DNA of 64,000 nucleotides from an uncultured delta proteobacterium (GTDB taxonomy: Bacteria; Desulfobacterota; Syntrophia; Syntrophales; UBA2185). The notes below the pieces were generated by a model. The model saw only the letters and a list, made by a program, of their open reading frames with translations, was not told the origin of the DNA and made no database searches. Below, piece after piece: positions 20,870 through 30,741 of the stretch. Numbering within the stretch: position 1 is the stretch's first letter; each line of letters opens with the position of its first letter. The stretch is from NCBI GenBank assembly GCA_963729715.1, contig CAVSPA010000004.1, positions 192,001 to 256,000 of the forward strand, given 5' to 3'. Both the position numbers and the translations under genes were made by a program.

Positions 20870-20946
20870 AACATCATCCGCAGGCATGGCGCTAAGGTCT
20901 GGGCGGAAGAAAAAGTAAATGGGGAGCCACGTTCTATTTTTCGCTG
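20870..20946 (+). pseudogene. Histidine kinase ATPase-domain C-terminal scrap
   Basis: IIRRHGAKVWAEEKVN then, after a frameshift, GATFYFSL. Confidence 0.6.
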
Positions 20947-21297
20947 CTCTCATCATGCTTCGCATCACGGCAGGGATGACGGCTTTAACGAAAATGTCTT
21001 TAAATACTGCTGGCCGGAAGTTATCATTCTTTACGACAGAGATATAACGCATAAAATTCAAGAGGGTCAGATACAAACTTATGCAGGAAAAGTAGAAGGA
21101 AATGGAATTGTTTCCAATGGTGACGCAAGAAACCTTCGCAAAACCTTAGCAACGAGAAGCGATGGTCACTTATGGATACTTGTAGATGAAGACGGCACAA
21201 GATTCTATAAGAACACCAAATCATGAAGAATGATCTTTATATTATGAACTTGTTGGAATCCATGGTGGCCTCATAATTTCAGGGTCGTAGTTAGGCA

Positions 21298-21711
21298 ATG
21301 AACTCGGAAAGATTAATATCCCGTCACCCTCTGAATAACGGCTTGGTCATGGAGTTTTGGGACTACTCCCGGCCGATAGCCGGCGACCGCTGGTTCGTGC
21401 TCCTCGAGGTCCGGATTGCCGTTCCGATTCGGCCCGACACCCTGCCGCCAGAACTGCGAGGGCAAGCCGACAAGGTCAAGGAGGCGCTAGGGGACGAGAT
21501 CATCTTCTCCCACAAAGACGAGCGCAACTTTATTGCTGCAACGGAGGCGCCCAGAATCCTCAAGAATATGCAGGGCAGGTTCTTGGGTATGGCGCCCGGT
21601 TACTTCGGGCATCCTGATTTTGCCGCCAGGTTCATCTGGGGAAAATTCGCGGAAAAGCAAGAACTGCAGCGCTGGCAGCGTTTAGATACCCGACGGGACG
21701 ATGACTCATAA
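21298..21711 (+). CDS. Hypothetical protein
   Basis: 137 aa ORF with protein-like composition; no family recognised. Confidence 0.65.
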   Translation: MNSERLISRHPLNNGLVMEFWDYSRPIAGDRWFVLLEVRIAVPIRPDTLPPELRGQADKVKEALGDEIIFSHKDERNFIAATEAPRILKNMQGRFLGMAPGYFGHPDFAARFIWGKFAEKQELQRWQRLDTRRDDDS

Positions 21712-21817
21712 CAGATACGGCTTGATCATAACTTTGATCTCCTTAGCCTTTGAGCCGAATTTCTCAAATGTTCAAGGCCATTGAGCTGTGTTCTCAGATA
21801 GTCACCGAAAGGATAGT

Positions 21818-22393
21818 ATGATGGATCAGAAAGTACACGATGCTGCAGAAAGGATCTTTCGCTCAAGATATGACGAGCTCACTGAACTGGAAAAGCATGT
21901 TGCTCATCATATAACGGAAAGAACCCCTATTTCAAGAAATGTCGTTCAAGACTTTTCCGAAAAATTTACTTTTGGCCAGAAGATGGCCGACAAGGTCGCT
22001 TCTTTCGGAGGCTCTTGGCTCTTCATTTCAATATTTATGGGTGTGATGGTTGTATGGATTCTCCTGAATTCATTTATCCTAATCAAGCTTAACAGCTCAT
22101 TTGATCCATATCCATACATTCTGCTGAATCTTGTTTTATCTATGCTTGCCGCCATTCAAGCTCCGGTTATTTTGATGTCTCAAAATCGACAGGCCTATAA
22201 GGATCGACTAAGTGCAGAACACGATTATGAAGTAAATTTAAAAGCAGAGCTTGAAATAATAGAACTTCATGAGAAAGTTGATTCACTCAGAGAGAAACAG
22301 TGGTGTGAGCTGATTTCAATTCAACAGGAACAGCTGAAACTTTTAAGACAATTACTTGAAGATCTAAAGACGAATCAGCAAAACACGGGTTAG
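21818..22393 (+). CDS. DUF1003 membrane protein
   Basis: ADKVASFGGSW, FDPYPYILLNL.LS..AAIQAPVILMSQNRQ, DYEVNLKAE. Confidence 0.9.
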   Translation: MMDQKVHDAAERIFRSRYDELTELEKHVAHHITERTPISRNVVQDFSEKFTFGQKMADKVASFGGSWLFISIFMGVMVVWILLNSFILIKLNSSFDPYPYILLNLVLSMLAAIQAPVILMSQNRQAYKDRLSAEHDYEVNLKAELEIIELHEKVDSLREKQWCELISIQQEQLKLLRQLLEDLKTNQQNTG

Positions 22394-22774
22394 AAAGCTT
22401 TCATCCTGACTTCTTTACTCTTATTTACAAAGCCGTTGTGCATACTCGTAGAGAGACGCAAAGCGCGGCCCTTCAACTTAGGCCTCTCCTTAGCTCAAGT
22501 TCTAGTGCTCTCTCACCTGCCTACAAAAATCACACATTTTATCGTTATATATTTAAGGACACCTGCGACGGCTCGAAGGCCGGTGCAGGCATTCATCCAT
22601 GTCATCGACCCGAAGTCTCTCTCCCTTGTAGTTCATCATCATGCCTTCCACTTGAAGAAGAATTAACAACATTCGCCTTGATTATTTCCCTCGATATGAT
22701 ATCAATCTACTCCCAACGCTCACATACAAACGCAATGTTTCACAATCTCACCTTGCAATATAAAAGGAGATTCG

Positions 22775-23287
22775 ATGCAGTCGTTGTCTGTTATAACCGC
22801 GCTCTTCTCTCTATGTTTTATCGTATCGTTCATATGTCTTGCATCAGCCGTTTATAAAAGATCACGACTCCTGATTCTTACCTTCAGTTTCATTGCCGTG
22901 GTCTTTGTTGCTCTTTTGACGGCTTCTTTAGCCAATCCTGGCTCACACCTTCATGCAAAAGTTGCATGGTTTGAAGTTGATTTTAAGACGCCTTCTCTAT
23001 CTGATAGACTCCTCGGCAAGAACCAGAACACTCTCGAAGCTCGCAATACTGATACGGAACATCCCAACTATGTCATCATTACCGCATCATCGACGCATCC
23101 TACTACCACTTCAGTTTTCAATTTTCCCATAGGCCAACAATATGTGAAACCCCTTTATCAATCACAAGACGGCAAGGAATTCTTATTCGGTGCAGCACTG
23201 CCCCCAGGTTACGAGCTTAGAGTAGCCACACCTCCTCAAGTTACAGTTATTGCGTCACCGGCATTTTCCAACTGGCCAAATAGATGA
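22775..23287 (+). CDS. Hypothetical membrane protein
   Basis: AAGGAG RBS, two N-terminal TM helices; atypical C/T-rich coding strand. Confidence 0.6.
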   Translation: MQSLSVITALFSLCFIVSFICLASAVYKRSRLLILTFSFIAVVFVALLTASLANPGSHLHAKVAWFEVDFKTPSLSDRLLGKNQNTLEARNTDTEHPNYVIITASSTHPTTTSVFNFPIGQQYVKPLYQSQDGKEFLFGAALPPGYELRVATPPQVTVIASPAFSNWPNR

Positions 23288-23639
23288 CCGTCCTCGGATA
23301 ACCAACGATCCAGCCTCAAATTGGATTTCTACCATAAACCAGACCAAACAAAGCAAGAGAGAGCGTGACAGCATACCTCTGCGCCCTCCATCCCATCTTA
23401 TAATACGCAAAAGTAGCAACCTCTCTTAAGTACAGTAGCAAAGAGTCTCACAGAGTGAGAAAATCTCCATGCTCAAAAAAACCCTTACTGATATTGTTTT
23501 TCTTTTCTGGCTCAATTTATTACGATCGGGAACAACGCATTTTTTTGCAGTTGATTTTTTTTAAAAGTCTGCATAAAATTTAACAAGATTAGTAAGCGAG
23601 CATTAGGGCTCTGATAACGATCAGGGGAGGAGCGACATT

Positions 23640-25637
23640 ATAAAAAGAAAACTCCAAACAAAGGAGCAACTTCTCCTTGAGGTGGAAGAACTTCGGACGA
23701 GTCTTAATGCCATGGAGCTGCGCCTGCAGGAGGCCGACGAATTGTTGCAGGCTCAAATCGCCGAGCGTAAGCGCGCGGAGGAGACCTTTGAGCACTCTCA
23801 AGAATACACTGAGAGCATCGTGGAGACAATACGTGAACCCCTTATCGTACTTACCCCCGACCTGAAAGTCATCTCTGCAAATCGTTCCTTCTACGAAACC
23901 TTCCAGGTGTCGTCTGACGAGACTAGCGGGAAATTTATCTTTGATGTAGGCAACCACCAGTGGGATATTCCTGCATTGCGAAAGTTGTTAGAGGAAATTA
24001 TCCCTCAGAATACCCACTTTAATAATTTCGAGGTCGACCACGCATTCCCGCTCATTGGCCGAAAGAGAATGCTTCTCAACGCTCATCGGATCTATCGGGA
24101 AGGTAAAGGGACGGGTAGGATACTCCTCGTTTTTGAGGATATCACCGACCAGAAGCAGACGGAGGAGGCGCTCAAGAGTTCTGAAATGCGATACCGCCGT
24201 CTCTTCGAAACAGCTCAAGATGGAATATTAATCCTCGATGCCGAAACAGGACAAATATCTGATGTGAACCCATTCTTGGTAGAAATGTTGGGTTATTCGC
24301 ATGGGGACTTTTTAGGGAAGAAACTCTGGGAGATTGGGGCCGTTAAAGATATTGAAGCATCGAAGGCCGCCTTTTCGCAATTGCAGGGCAAAGGATATGT
24401 TCGCTACAAAGATTTGCCGCTTGAGACGAAAGACGGACGTCCACTGGACGTGGAATTTGTCAGCAACGTCTATCTGGTCAATCATCACAGAGTGATTCAG
24501 TGTAACATCCGCGATATCACCGAACGGAAACTTCTTGCCGAGTCTTTACAAGAATCTCACAACGATCTGGAACGACGAGTGGCGGAGCGAACGGTTGAAC
24601 TTCGGGCGGCCCTTTCTGAAATCAAAACAATGAAAGACCAACTGGAGGTGGAAAACATTTACTTCCGTCACGAGAACAAGATGAAACATCAATTTGAGCA
24701 CATTATCGGGCAAAGTGATGGTCTCAAGTACGTTCTCTATCGAGCGGAACAAGTTGCTCCGCTCAACACAACGGTCCTGATCCTTGGTGAAACTGGAACG
24801 GGAAAAGAGTTGATCGCTTTCGCGATCCATGACATGAGTCCCCGTAAGGAACGGCCCTTGATCACGGTCAACTGTGCTGCGTTGCCGGGCAATTTAATTG
24901 AGAGCGAATTGTTCGGCCGTGAGAAGGGGGCATTTACCGGGGCTGATACCAGACAGGTCGGCCGGTTCGAGGTCGCGCATGATTCCACTCTCTGCCTGGA
25001 CGAGATCGGCGAGCTGCCGCTGGAGGTGCAGGCAAAACTACTCCGGGTGATTCAGCATAACGAGTTCGAGCGCCTGGGATCGTCCCACACCGTCAAAGTC
25101 GATGTGCGGATCATAGCGACGACCAATCGAGACCTTGAAGAAGAGGTCCGCAAGGGCCGGTTTCGGCAGGACCTTTACTATCGGCTCAACGTCTTTCCTA
25201 TCACTGTCCCGCCACTACGGCAACGAAAGGAAGACGTCCCGCTGATGGTCCAGGCCTTCATATATCGGTACTCCAGGAAATTGGGCAAACAGATCACGTC
25301 GATCCAGAAGGATACGATGAAGGAGCTGCAGGATTACCCGTGGCCCGGGAACGTCCGGGAGCTGGAAAGCATCATTGAACGTGCCGTGATCTTGTGTTCC
25401 GGACCGGTTTTGCAGCTGGCAGATAAACTGGAGATTTCATCTCCCCCACTTTTATCCGCCGTGAGGACATTGGAGGAGACGGAGCGAAACCAAATTCTTA
25501 AGATCCTCTCTGAAACGAGATGGCGCATTGAGGGAAAGGACGGGGCGGCCGCGATCCTGGGCCTTCACCCGAGTACTTTAAGAGCAAGGATGTATAAGCT
25601 CGGGATAGTCAGGCCGGAGATAAAAGAACCGGGGTAG
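23640..25637 (+). CDS. PAS-PAS sigma54-dependent transcriptional activator (bEBP)
   Basis: Two PAS domains, [29 protein letters not shown]-terminal HTH; best RBS (GGAGGAG) precedes in-frame ATA at 23640, next start GTG 23682. Confidence 0.9.
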   Translation: MKRKLQTKEQLLLEVEELRTSLNAMELRLQEADELLQAQIAERKRAEETFEHSQEYTESIVETIREPLIVLTPDLKVISANRSFYETFQVSSDETSGKFIFDVGNHQWDIPALRKLLEEIIPQNTHFNNFEVDHAFPLIGRKRMLLNAHRIYREGKGTGRILLVFEDITDQKQTEEALKSSEMRYRRLFETAQDGILILDAETGQISDVNPFLVEMLGYSHGDFLGKKLWEIGAVKDIEASKAAFSQLQGKGYVRYKDLPLETKDGRPLDVEFVSNVYLVNHHRVIQCNIRDITERKLLAESLQESHNDLERRVAERTVELRAALSEIKTMKDQLEVENIYFRHENKMKHQFEHIIGQSDGLKYVLYRAEQVAPLNTTVLILGETGTGKELIAFAIHDMSPRKERPLITVNCAALPGNLIESELFGREKGAFTGADTRQVGRFEVAHDSTLCLDEIGELPLEVQAKLLRVIQHNEFERLGSSHTVKVDVRIIATTNRDLEEEVRKGRFRQDLYYRLNVFPITVPPLRQRKEDVPLMVQAFIYRYSRKLGKQITSIQKDTMKELQDYPWPGNVRELESIIERAVILCSGPVLQLADKLEISSPPLLSAVRTLEETERNQILKILSETRWRIEGKDGAAAILGLHPSTLRARMYKLGIVRPEIKEPG

Positions 25638-25660
25638 ACCGTCCACCCTTTTTCATAGTA

Positions 25661-25789
25661 TCCCTCAGTATGTTGAGGTTCCACCAAATACTAAGGCCAA
25701 ACGAATCATTTCATACTTCTTTGCTATTCTCTCCTGTCAATCCTATCACCTGTTATTAAAGCATGAATCAAAACTTATGATTTCCTTTC
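25661..25789 (+). repeat. Copy 1 (left part) of a duplicated enhancer/promoter cassette
   Basis: Aligns with 26390-26518; contains CCTCAGTATGTTGAGG and CCACCAAATACTAAGG; continuation at 26281-26305 after the IS200. Confidence 0.85.
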
Positions 25790-26280
25790 TTTAAGAATTG
25801 AGTATAATACGTTGCATGACTCTCAAACGAATGAGCCATGCAGTTTATGATAGGAGATACCATCTTGTATGGGCACCGAAGTATCGCGAGTGGATATTGA
25901 GGGAAAAGGTACGCGAAGCGGTAAAGGAATTGTTTCAAGAGATACTGGCAGCACGAGACTGTGAGATAGTGGAGATGGAGATAGCGGAGGATCATGTTCA
26001 CATATTTACGAGTATACCACCCAGATATTCTGTTGGAGAGATAGTGAGGATTCTGAAGAGCGTGAGTGCACGAGAAATCTTTGTGAGATATCCGGAGGTA
26101 AAGAGAGAGCTGTGGGGTGGAGAATTTTGGGAAGATGGCTATTTTGTTAGGACAGTTGGAGACAAAGTAACCAGTGATACGATAAAGAGGTATATACAGT
26201 ATCATAAGCATGAAGAAAAGACTCCCAAGCAGTTGGATTTTGAGTTTTAATGCCCCGTGCGGAAGCGCGGGGTTCTTTAC
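25790..26280 (+). mobile_element. IS200-type element with intact tnpA and right-end hairpin but deleted left-end hairpin
   Basis: Right end CCCCGTGC-GGAA-GCGCGGGG-TTCTTTAC; comparison with 37937-38077 shows the left hairpin is absent; interrupts repeat copy 1. Confidence 0.85.
25816..26250 (+). CDS. tnpA: IS200/IS605-family Y1 HUH transposase
   Basis: YHLVWAPKYR, DHVH (HUH), FWEDGYFVRTVG, IKRYI catalytic Tyr. Confidence 0.95.
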   Translation: MTLKRMSHAVYDRRYHLVWAPKYREWILREKVREAVKELFQEILAARDCEIVEMEIAEDHVHIFTSIPPRYSVGEIVRILKSVSAREIFVRYPEVKRELWGGEFWEDGYFVRTVGDKVTSDTIKRYIQYHKHEEKTPKQLDFEF

Positions 26281-26284
26281 CTAT

Positions 26285-26300
26285 TGGCAGGCCATTTGCT
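26285..26300 (+). promoter_or_regulatory. sigma54 -24/-12 promoter (copy 1)
   Basis: TGGCAGGCCATTTGCT = GG-N10-GC consensus; downstream of a bEBP gene. Confidence 0.7.
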
Positions 26301-26389
26301 ATTACAGTGAATAAATGAAAAAGCGCTGGCTAATGTAAAAGGATTCGGATCAGGCTAACTGTTTTTTTAAGTATGCCTCAAACAAAGAA

Positions 26390-26545
26390 TCCCTCAGCAT
26401 GTTGAGGTTCCACCAAATACTGAGGCTAAACGAATCATTGCATACTTTTCCCCTATTCACTCCCATTAATCTAACCACCTGTTATTAAAGAATGAATCAA
26501 AACTTATGATTTTCTTTCGGCTATTGGCAGGCCAATTGCTATTAC
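26390..26545 (+). promoter_or_regulatory. Copy 2: palindromic enhancer-like sites plus sigma54 promoter TGGCAGGCCAATTGCT (26525-26540)
   Basis: CCTCA-N6-TGAGG at 26392-26407 and related site 26410-26425, ~100 bp upstream of GG-N10-GC. Confidence 0.75.
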
Positions 26546-26552
26546 GATTGTC

Positions 26553-26858
26553 ATGATCCTTGTAATCATAAGAATGAAGGTCCTCTCCGAGAAGCGCATG
26601 GAGTTGTCACAGACGATTACGTTACTGTCGGGTTCCATAAAGATGGAGAAGGGATGCCAGCGCTGCGACTTCTGTGAGAGTATCGAGGATGAAAATCGAC
26701 TCTTTCTTCTTGAAGAATGGGATACCCAAGAGAACCTTATGACCCACCTCAAGTCGGAGCATTTTAGGGTGCTCCGGGGGGCGATGAGCCTTCTCAAAGA
26801 GCCGTATGAAAGGGTGTTCCACACGGTCTTCCACCCGGCGGGGATGGATGAGACTTAA
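26553..26858 (+). CDS. Antibiotic biosynthesis monooxygenase (ABM) domain protein
   Basis: EKGC...F.LLEEW......HLKSEHF ABM pattern. Confidence 0.85.
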   Translation: MILVIIRMKVLSEKRMELSQTITLLSGSIKMEKGCQRCDFCESIEDENRLFLLEEWDTQENLMTHLKSEHFRVLRGAMSLLKEPYERVFHTVFHPAGMDET

Positions 26859-26975
26859 TCGAAGGTCGGATGACTGTGCTGCAGAGGCGGAACGTTAAGT
26901 GGATCACGGCCGGAAAACTATCGCTTGAAACAAAATAGCCCAGCAATCAAATCAAAATCCTAAAGGATGAATACC

Positions 26976-27155
26976 ATGAAATCCAGCACGAAAAATCAGG
27001 TGGAAGGCACGTTTCACCAAATGAAGGGTAAGATCAAGGAGGTGGCCGGGAAACTCAGCGATAATAATGACATGGAAGGCGAAGGCACCGGTGAAAAGAT
27101 ATGCGGCAAAGTTCAGGAAAACATCGGCCAAGTCAAGAATGTCCTGGGTAATTGA
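26976..27155 (+). CDS. CsbD-family stress protein
   Basis: G..HQMKGKIKE.AG.L.D....EG..E...GKVQ...G..K pattern. Confidence 0.88.
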   Translation: MKSSTKNQVEGTFHQMKGKIKEVAGKLSDNNDMEGEGTGEKICGKVQENIGQVKNVLGN

Positions 27156-27220
27156 ACAGTGGGACGTCGTCGGCTTGAATAATTTTTTAACTAACGCATT
27201 AGAATAAGAGGAGGAAGAAA

Positions 27221-27775
27221 ATGAAACAAGCAAGAGTCAAAATCTTTTTCGTAGCGTGCATGGCCTTGATTATAGGAAGCATCCCGGTTTTCTCTTACGC
27301 GGCCACGGCCGGCGAGATCGATGCCAGCGTAAATGCATCCCTCGATAGATTTGTCAAGGAAGTCAAAGGTGCGAAGGAGTTTCTTAACGCAGCCAAGGGG
27401 GTCCTTATCATCCCCAAAGTTATACAAGGCGGGCTTGTGGTAGGCGCAGAGTATGGCGAGGGAGCCTTAAGGATCAGAGGGAAAACGGTCGCTTACTATA
27501 GCATCGCTTCCGGGTCTTTCGGTTATCAGATTGGAGCTCAGGAGAAGGACATCATAATTGTCTTCATGAATCAAGCTGTTTTGAAGAAATTCCGTACCAG
27601 TGAAGACTGGCAAGCGGGTGTTGACGCCAAGGTAACCGTGGTTAATGTCGGCGCCGATGAATCTTTGAACACGACAAAATTCAAGCAACCTGTCATCGGG
27701 TTTGTCTTTGGCCAGAAAGGGCTTATGGCCGGCGCCACGATAGAAGGTTCTAAATTTACCAAACTGAAAAAGTAA
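27221..27775 (+). CDS. Secreted YSC84/SYLF lipid-binding domain protein
   Basis: Signal peptide; AKGVLIIP...GG...GEGAL, SFGYQIG.Q, KGLMAGATIEGSK. Confidence 0.85.
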   Translation: MKQARVKIFFVACMALIIGSIPVFSYAATAGEIDASVNASLDRFVKEVKGAKEFLNAAKGVLIIPKVIQGGLVVGAEYGEGALRIRGKTVAYYSIASGSFGYQIGAQEKDIIIVFMNQAVLKKFRTSEDWQAGVDAKVTVVNVGADESLNTTKFKQPVIGFVFGQKGLMAGATIEGSKFTKLKK

Positions 27776-27958
27776 AGAGCCATGAAAGCGGTCAACTGAG
27801 GAGAGCTGCCCGACGCTGCCAGATTAATTTGCTGCCGGCCGAGGGTAGTCCCCTCCAGTTAAGAATAGGAATGTCAAATTCAATCAATTTAATAATTTTG
27901 TTCATAACTTCTTAGCGTGTGCAAGCGCTAAAGACTAAACTTATTGAGGAGACAGATC

Positions 27959-28438
27959 ATGAAGCAAAAAGCTTTACCAGTTATACTCGTTGTTGTGATG
28001 GTGGCGTTTCTATCCACTATCTTTTTCGTCAATGCAAATCTTTCTTTTGCTGCCGCAGGCAAGAAATCACCGGCAGTTGCTAAAACCTCTGCTGTCGAGC
28101 AAACCGAGGCCCGCATCAAACAGCTTCAAGCGGCGCTAAAGATCACCGAGGATCAGAAAGAATTATGGGATAACCTTACGCAGGTGATGCGGGAAAATGC
28201 GAAAGACATGGACACCCTTACGGATACCCTTGCCAAGGAGAGGACAGAAGGCACCAAGACCATGAACGCTGTTGAGCATATGAAATTACACAGCCAAATT
28301 ACGGAAGTGCATTTAGCTCAACTGCAGAAGTTCATCCCGCCTTTCGAGGCCCTCTACGACAGTATGTCGGATGAGCAGAAGAGGACTACCAATACAATAT
28401 TCAGCACAGGGAGATTTGGGAAAAACAAGAAGAAATGA
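27959..28438 (+). CDS. Spy/CpxP (LTXXQ) family periplasmic protein
   Basis: Signal peptide; LKITEDQ...W and LYDSMSDEQK motifs. Confidence 0.82.
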   Translation: MKQKALPVILVVVMVAFLSTIFFVNANLSFAAAGKKSPAVAKTSAVEQTEARIKQLQAALKITEDQKELWDNLTQVMRENAKDMDTLTDTLAKERTEGTKTMNAVEHMKLHSQITEVHLAQLQKFIPPFEALYDSMSDEQKRTTNTIFSTGRFGKNKKK

Positions 28439-28507
28439 TCGGTACTATACAACTAAAGATTGTTGCCAAGAAGGCGATTGAAATCTATCCAAGAACGGAG
28501 TGACTAT

Positions 28508-28810
28508 ATGAAAACATCAAGTACGTGGAATTTTAGATCCATCGTGGGCAAGATTATGATGGTGCTTGTTTTAGCCGCAATGATCGGCAGTATAGACGTG
28601 GCACCGGCTCTCGGCAAGGATGACCATAAAGATAAGGGAAGACATGACAATGGCCGTAAAGAGATAAGAGGCCGTGGGTACGACCGCAACCGCCATGACA
28701 GGCGTGATTACCGGCCTTATGCCTACGGATATGCCCCGCCGCCGGTCATCTATGCACCGCCTCCACAGCCGGGCATTAGTATCTTCTTTCCTCCTATCGT
28801 TATTCGCTAA
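28508..28810 (+). CDS. Small secreted Arg/Pro-rich hypothetical protein
   Basis: GGAG RBS, signal peptide, YAPPPVIYAPPP.PGISIFFP tail. Confidence 0.7.
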   Translation: MKTSSTWNFRSIVGKIMMVLVLAAMIGSIDVAPALGKDDHKDKGRHDNGRKEIRGRGYDRNRHDRRDYRPYAYGYAPPPVIYAPPPQPGISIFFPPIVIR

Positions 28811-28916
28811 GGAGATGCCTCTATGTCGGCAGCCCGGCGTTCAAGCTGACTTCATCTGGGCTGTCGCAAGTAATGCATTTTGTTATAAATGAACGGACAG
28901 CAGAAAGGGGAATCGC

Positions 28917-29066
28917 ATGTTGTGGACAATTGCTGTGGTGCTGGTAATTTTGTGGCTGCTGGGATTAGTGAGTGGCTATACGATGGGTAACTTTATTCAT
29001 ATCCTGCTGGTCATCGCCATTGTCATCGTGCTGGTCAGAGTAATCCAGGGGCGAAGACCCCTTTAG
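28917..29066 (+). CDS. lmo0937-family small membrane protein (copy 2; below ORF-track cutoff)
   Basis: MLWTIAVVLVILWLLGLVSGYTMGNFIHILLVIAIVIVLVRVIQGRRPL. Confidence 0.88.
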   Translation: MLWTIAVVLVILWLLGLVSGYTMGNFIHILLVIAIVIVLVRVIQGRRPL

Positions 29067-29188
29067 AGCGGGAGAAGACATACCGGGGTAAAATATCGTA
29101 GTTTCGGAAGTTCCGCAAATTAAGAAGTTGCGCAGAGTAGAAGTACAAATGAACCTTAACAGCTTTAAGATGTAAAGGAGACCATATT

Positions 29189-30388
29189 ATGAAAAGAATA
29201 GGTTATGGATTAATTTTTATGTTGATTTTTTGCGGACTGTTAACCAGTTGCGCGACATTTAGGCCGGTTGATCTTAACCCGCAGATTAAGTCAGGGCAAT
29301 TGGTTCAAAAGGCGAACAATTTCGTTGTCCTCTTTGACAAATCTGCTTCCATGGGTAATTCGAAGAAAACGGAGATGGCAGTCGAACCGCTGTCGGAGAA
29401 CGTAGGTGAATCCAGTCGTCTGGTACTTGCGAAGGATACTACAAAAAACATGATAGCGACGATTCCAGAAATCAGGCTGAACGCAGGGCTCAGAACCTTC
29501 TGGTCCCAGGAAACTGCTCTTATTTATGGAATGCAATCCCTTGTCAAAGAAGACTATACGAAGGCAATAAACACTATCGGACATGTCAAGGGTGCAACAC
29601 CCATGGGAAAGGCTATTACTGCAGCAGGCAATGATCTCAAAGGAGCGCCGGGTAATTCGGCCATTATTATTGTCAGTGATTTTTCTGAAATTCCGGGTGT
29701 TGATGACATCCGGCCCGCAACTGTCATGGAGGCCATAACCAAAGTAAACGCTGATTACGGCGACAAGCTCTGCGTTTATGCCATTCAGGTAGGATATACT
29801 TCCGATGGGAAAGAACTTTCAGAACAGATTGTGCAGAACGTTATAGGCGGCTATACCGTAAATGCCGACAAACTGGCAACCCCGGCTGCTATGGCCGCTT
29901 TTGTGGGGAAAATAATCTCCGGCAATTGTTCTCGGTATAAAGAGCTTGCTGCAAAGAAGGTCGTTGTCCTTGCGACTGAGCCGATGGTCGAGGAGAAGGT
30001 CGTTGCCGCGGCGGCGGAAGAAAAGGTTATTATCCTTGCGTTTGAGGACGTGCATTTTGATTTCGATAAGTCGACCCTTAAGCCGGAAGCGCAGACGATC
30101 CTAAAAAAGAATATCCAGCTTCTGAAAGATAATCCTAAATCCAAGGTCCGCATTGCAGGGTATACATCTGCTTCCGGCACTGAGGCCTACAACCAGAAGT
30201 TAAGCGAAAGAAGGGCAAAATCTGTCCAGGAATACCTCATTAACGAAGGCGGCATTGCACCAGAGAGGCTTTCCACAATCGGCTATGGCGAGACAAACCC
30301 GGCGATGTACGAAGCGGCGCCTAAAGAGCTTTACTCAAAAGCAGCAAAGGCAAACATGCGAGTTCTTTTTGAAATCAGCGTGCAATAG
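29189..30388 (+). CDS. Lipoprotein with vWA-like domain and OmpA C-terminal peptidoglycan-binding domain
   Basis: LTSC lipobox, DKSASM MIDAS-like, TPM, IVSD; HFDFDKS...YNQKLSERRA...GYGE. Confidence 0.88.
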   Translation: MKRIGYGLIFMLIFCGLLTSCATFRPVDLNPQIKSGQLVQKANNFVVLFDKSASMGNSKKTEMAVEPLSENVGESSRLVLAKDTTKNMIATIPEIRLNAGLRTFWSQETALIYGMQSLVKEDYTKAINTIGHVKGATPMGKAITAAGNDLKGAPGNSAIIIVSDFSEIPGVDDIRPATVMEAITKVNADYGDKLCVYAIQVGYTSDGKELSEQIVQNVIGGYTVNADKLATPAAMAAFVGKIISGNCSRYKELAAKKVVVLATEPMVEEKVVAAAAEEKVIILAFEDVHFDFDKSTLKPEAQTILKKNIQLLKDNPKSKVRIAGYTSASGTEAYNQKLSERRAKSVQEYLINEGGIAPERLSTIGYGETNPAMYEAAPKELYSKAAKANMRVLFEISVQ

Positions 30389-30549
30389 GAACATAAAGTG
30401 AAGGGCCAGGAGACGGGTTTTTTTATTTCTGGAGGAATAAAAGCCCTGACCAAGTGATTATGTAAAATTGACCAACTATGTAGATGGGCGGTGCTGTAAA
30501 TAACGTCCGATCCAGGCACTAAAGCTCTTCAGAAAGAGGAGGTGTTGTA

Positions 30550-30741
30550 ATGATTGAATTTAAAATTGGAGATGTTGTTGCACTTAAGAGGAGTCTCGAC
30601 AGAATGACTGTAACAGGTGAAGCCATAGGAGATCCATATATACATGCTTATCAATGTGTGTGGATGGATAGTAAAGATCCGAAGCACGAATGGTTTTATG
30701 AGTCAGAGACTTTAAAGCTATTAGGACATGCTAAAAAGTAG
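30550..30741 (+). CDS. YodC/DUF2158-like small protein
   Basis: FKIGDVV.LK.....MTV....C.W; GAGGAGG RBS. Confidence 0.75.
   Translation: MIEFKIGDVVALKRSLDRMTVTGEAIGDPYIHAYQCVWMDSKDPKHEWFYESETLKLLGHAKK

Noticed and set aside
26250..26400. tnpB/omega-RNA associated with the IS200 tnpA
   Set aside because: Right end follows the tnpA stop immediately; no tnpB ORF
27796..27862. Long imperfect hairpin between SYLF and Spy/CpxP genes
   Set aside because: Could be an mRNA-stabilising stem, but no U-tail, second copy or recognisable family
30440..30470. XerD-arm-like TTATGTAAAAT here and XerC-like TCGGATAATGTA at ~36565 as dif/pdif sites
   Set aside because: Only half-sites; the partner arms do not match
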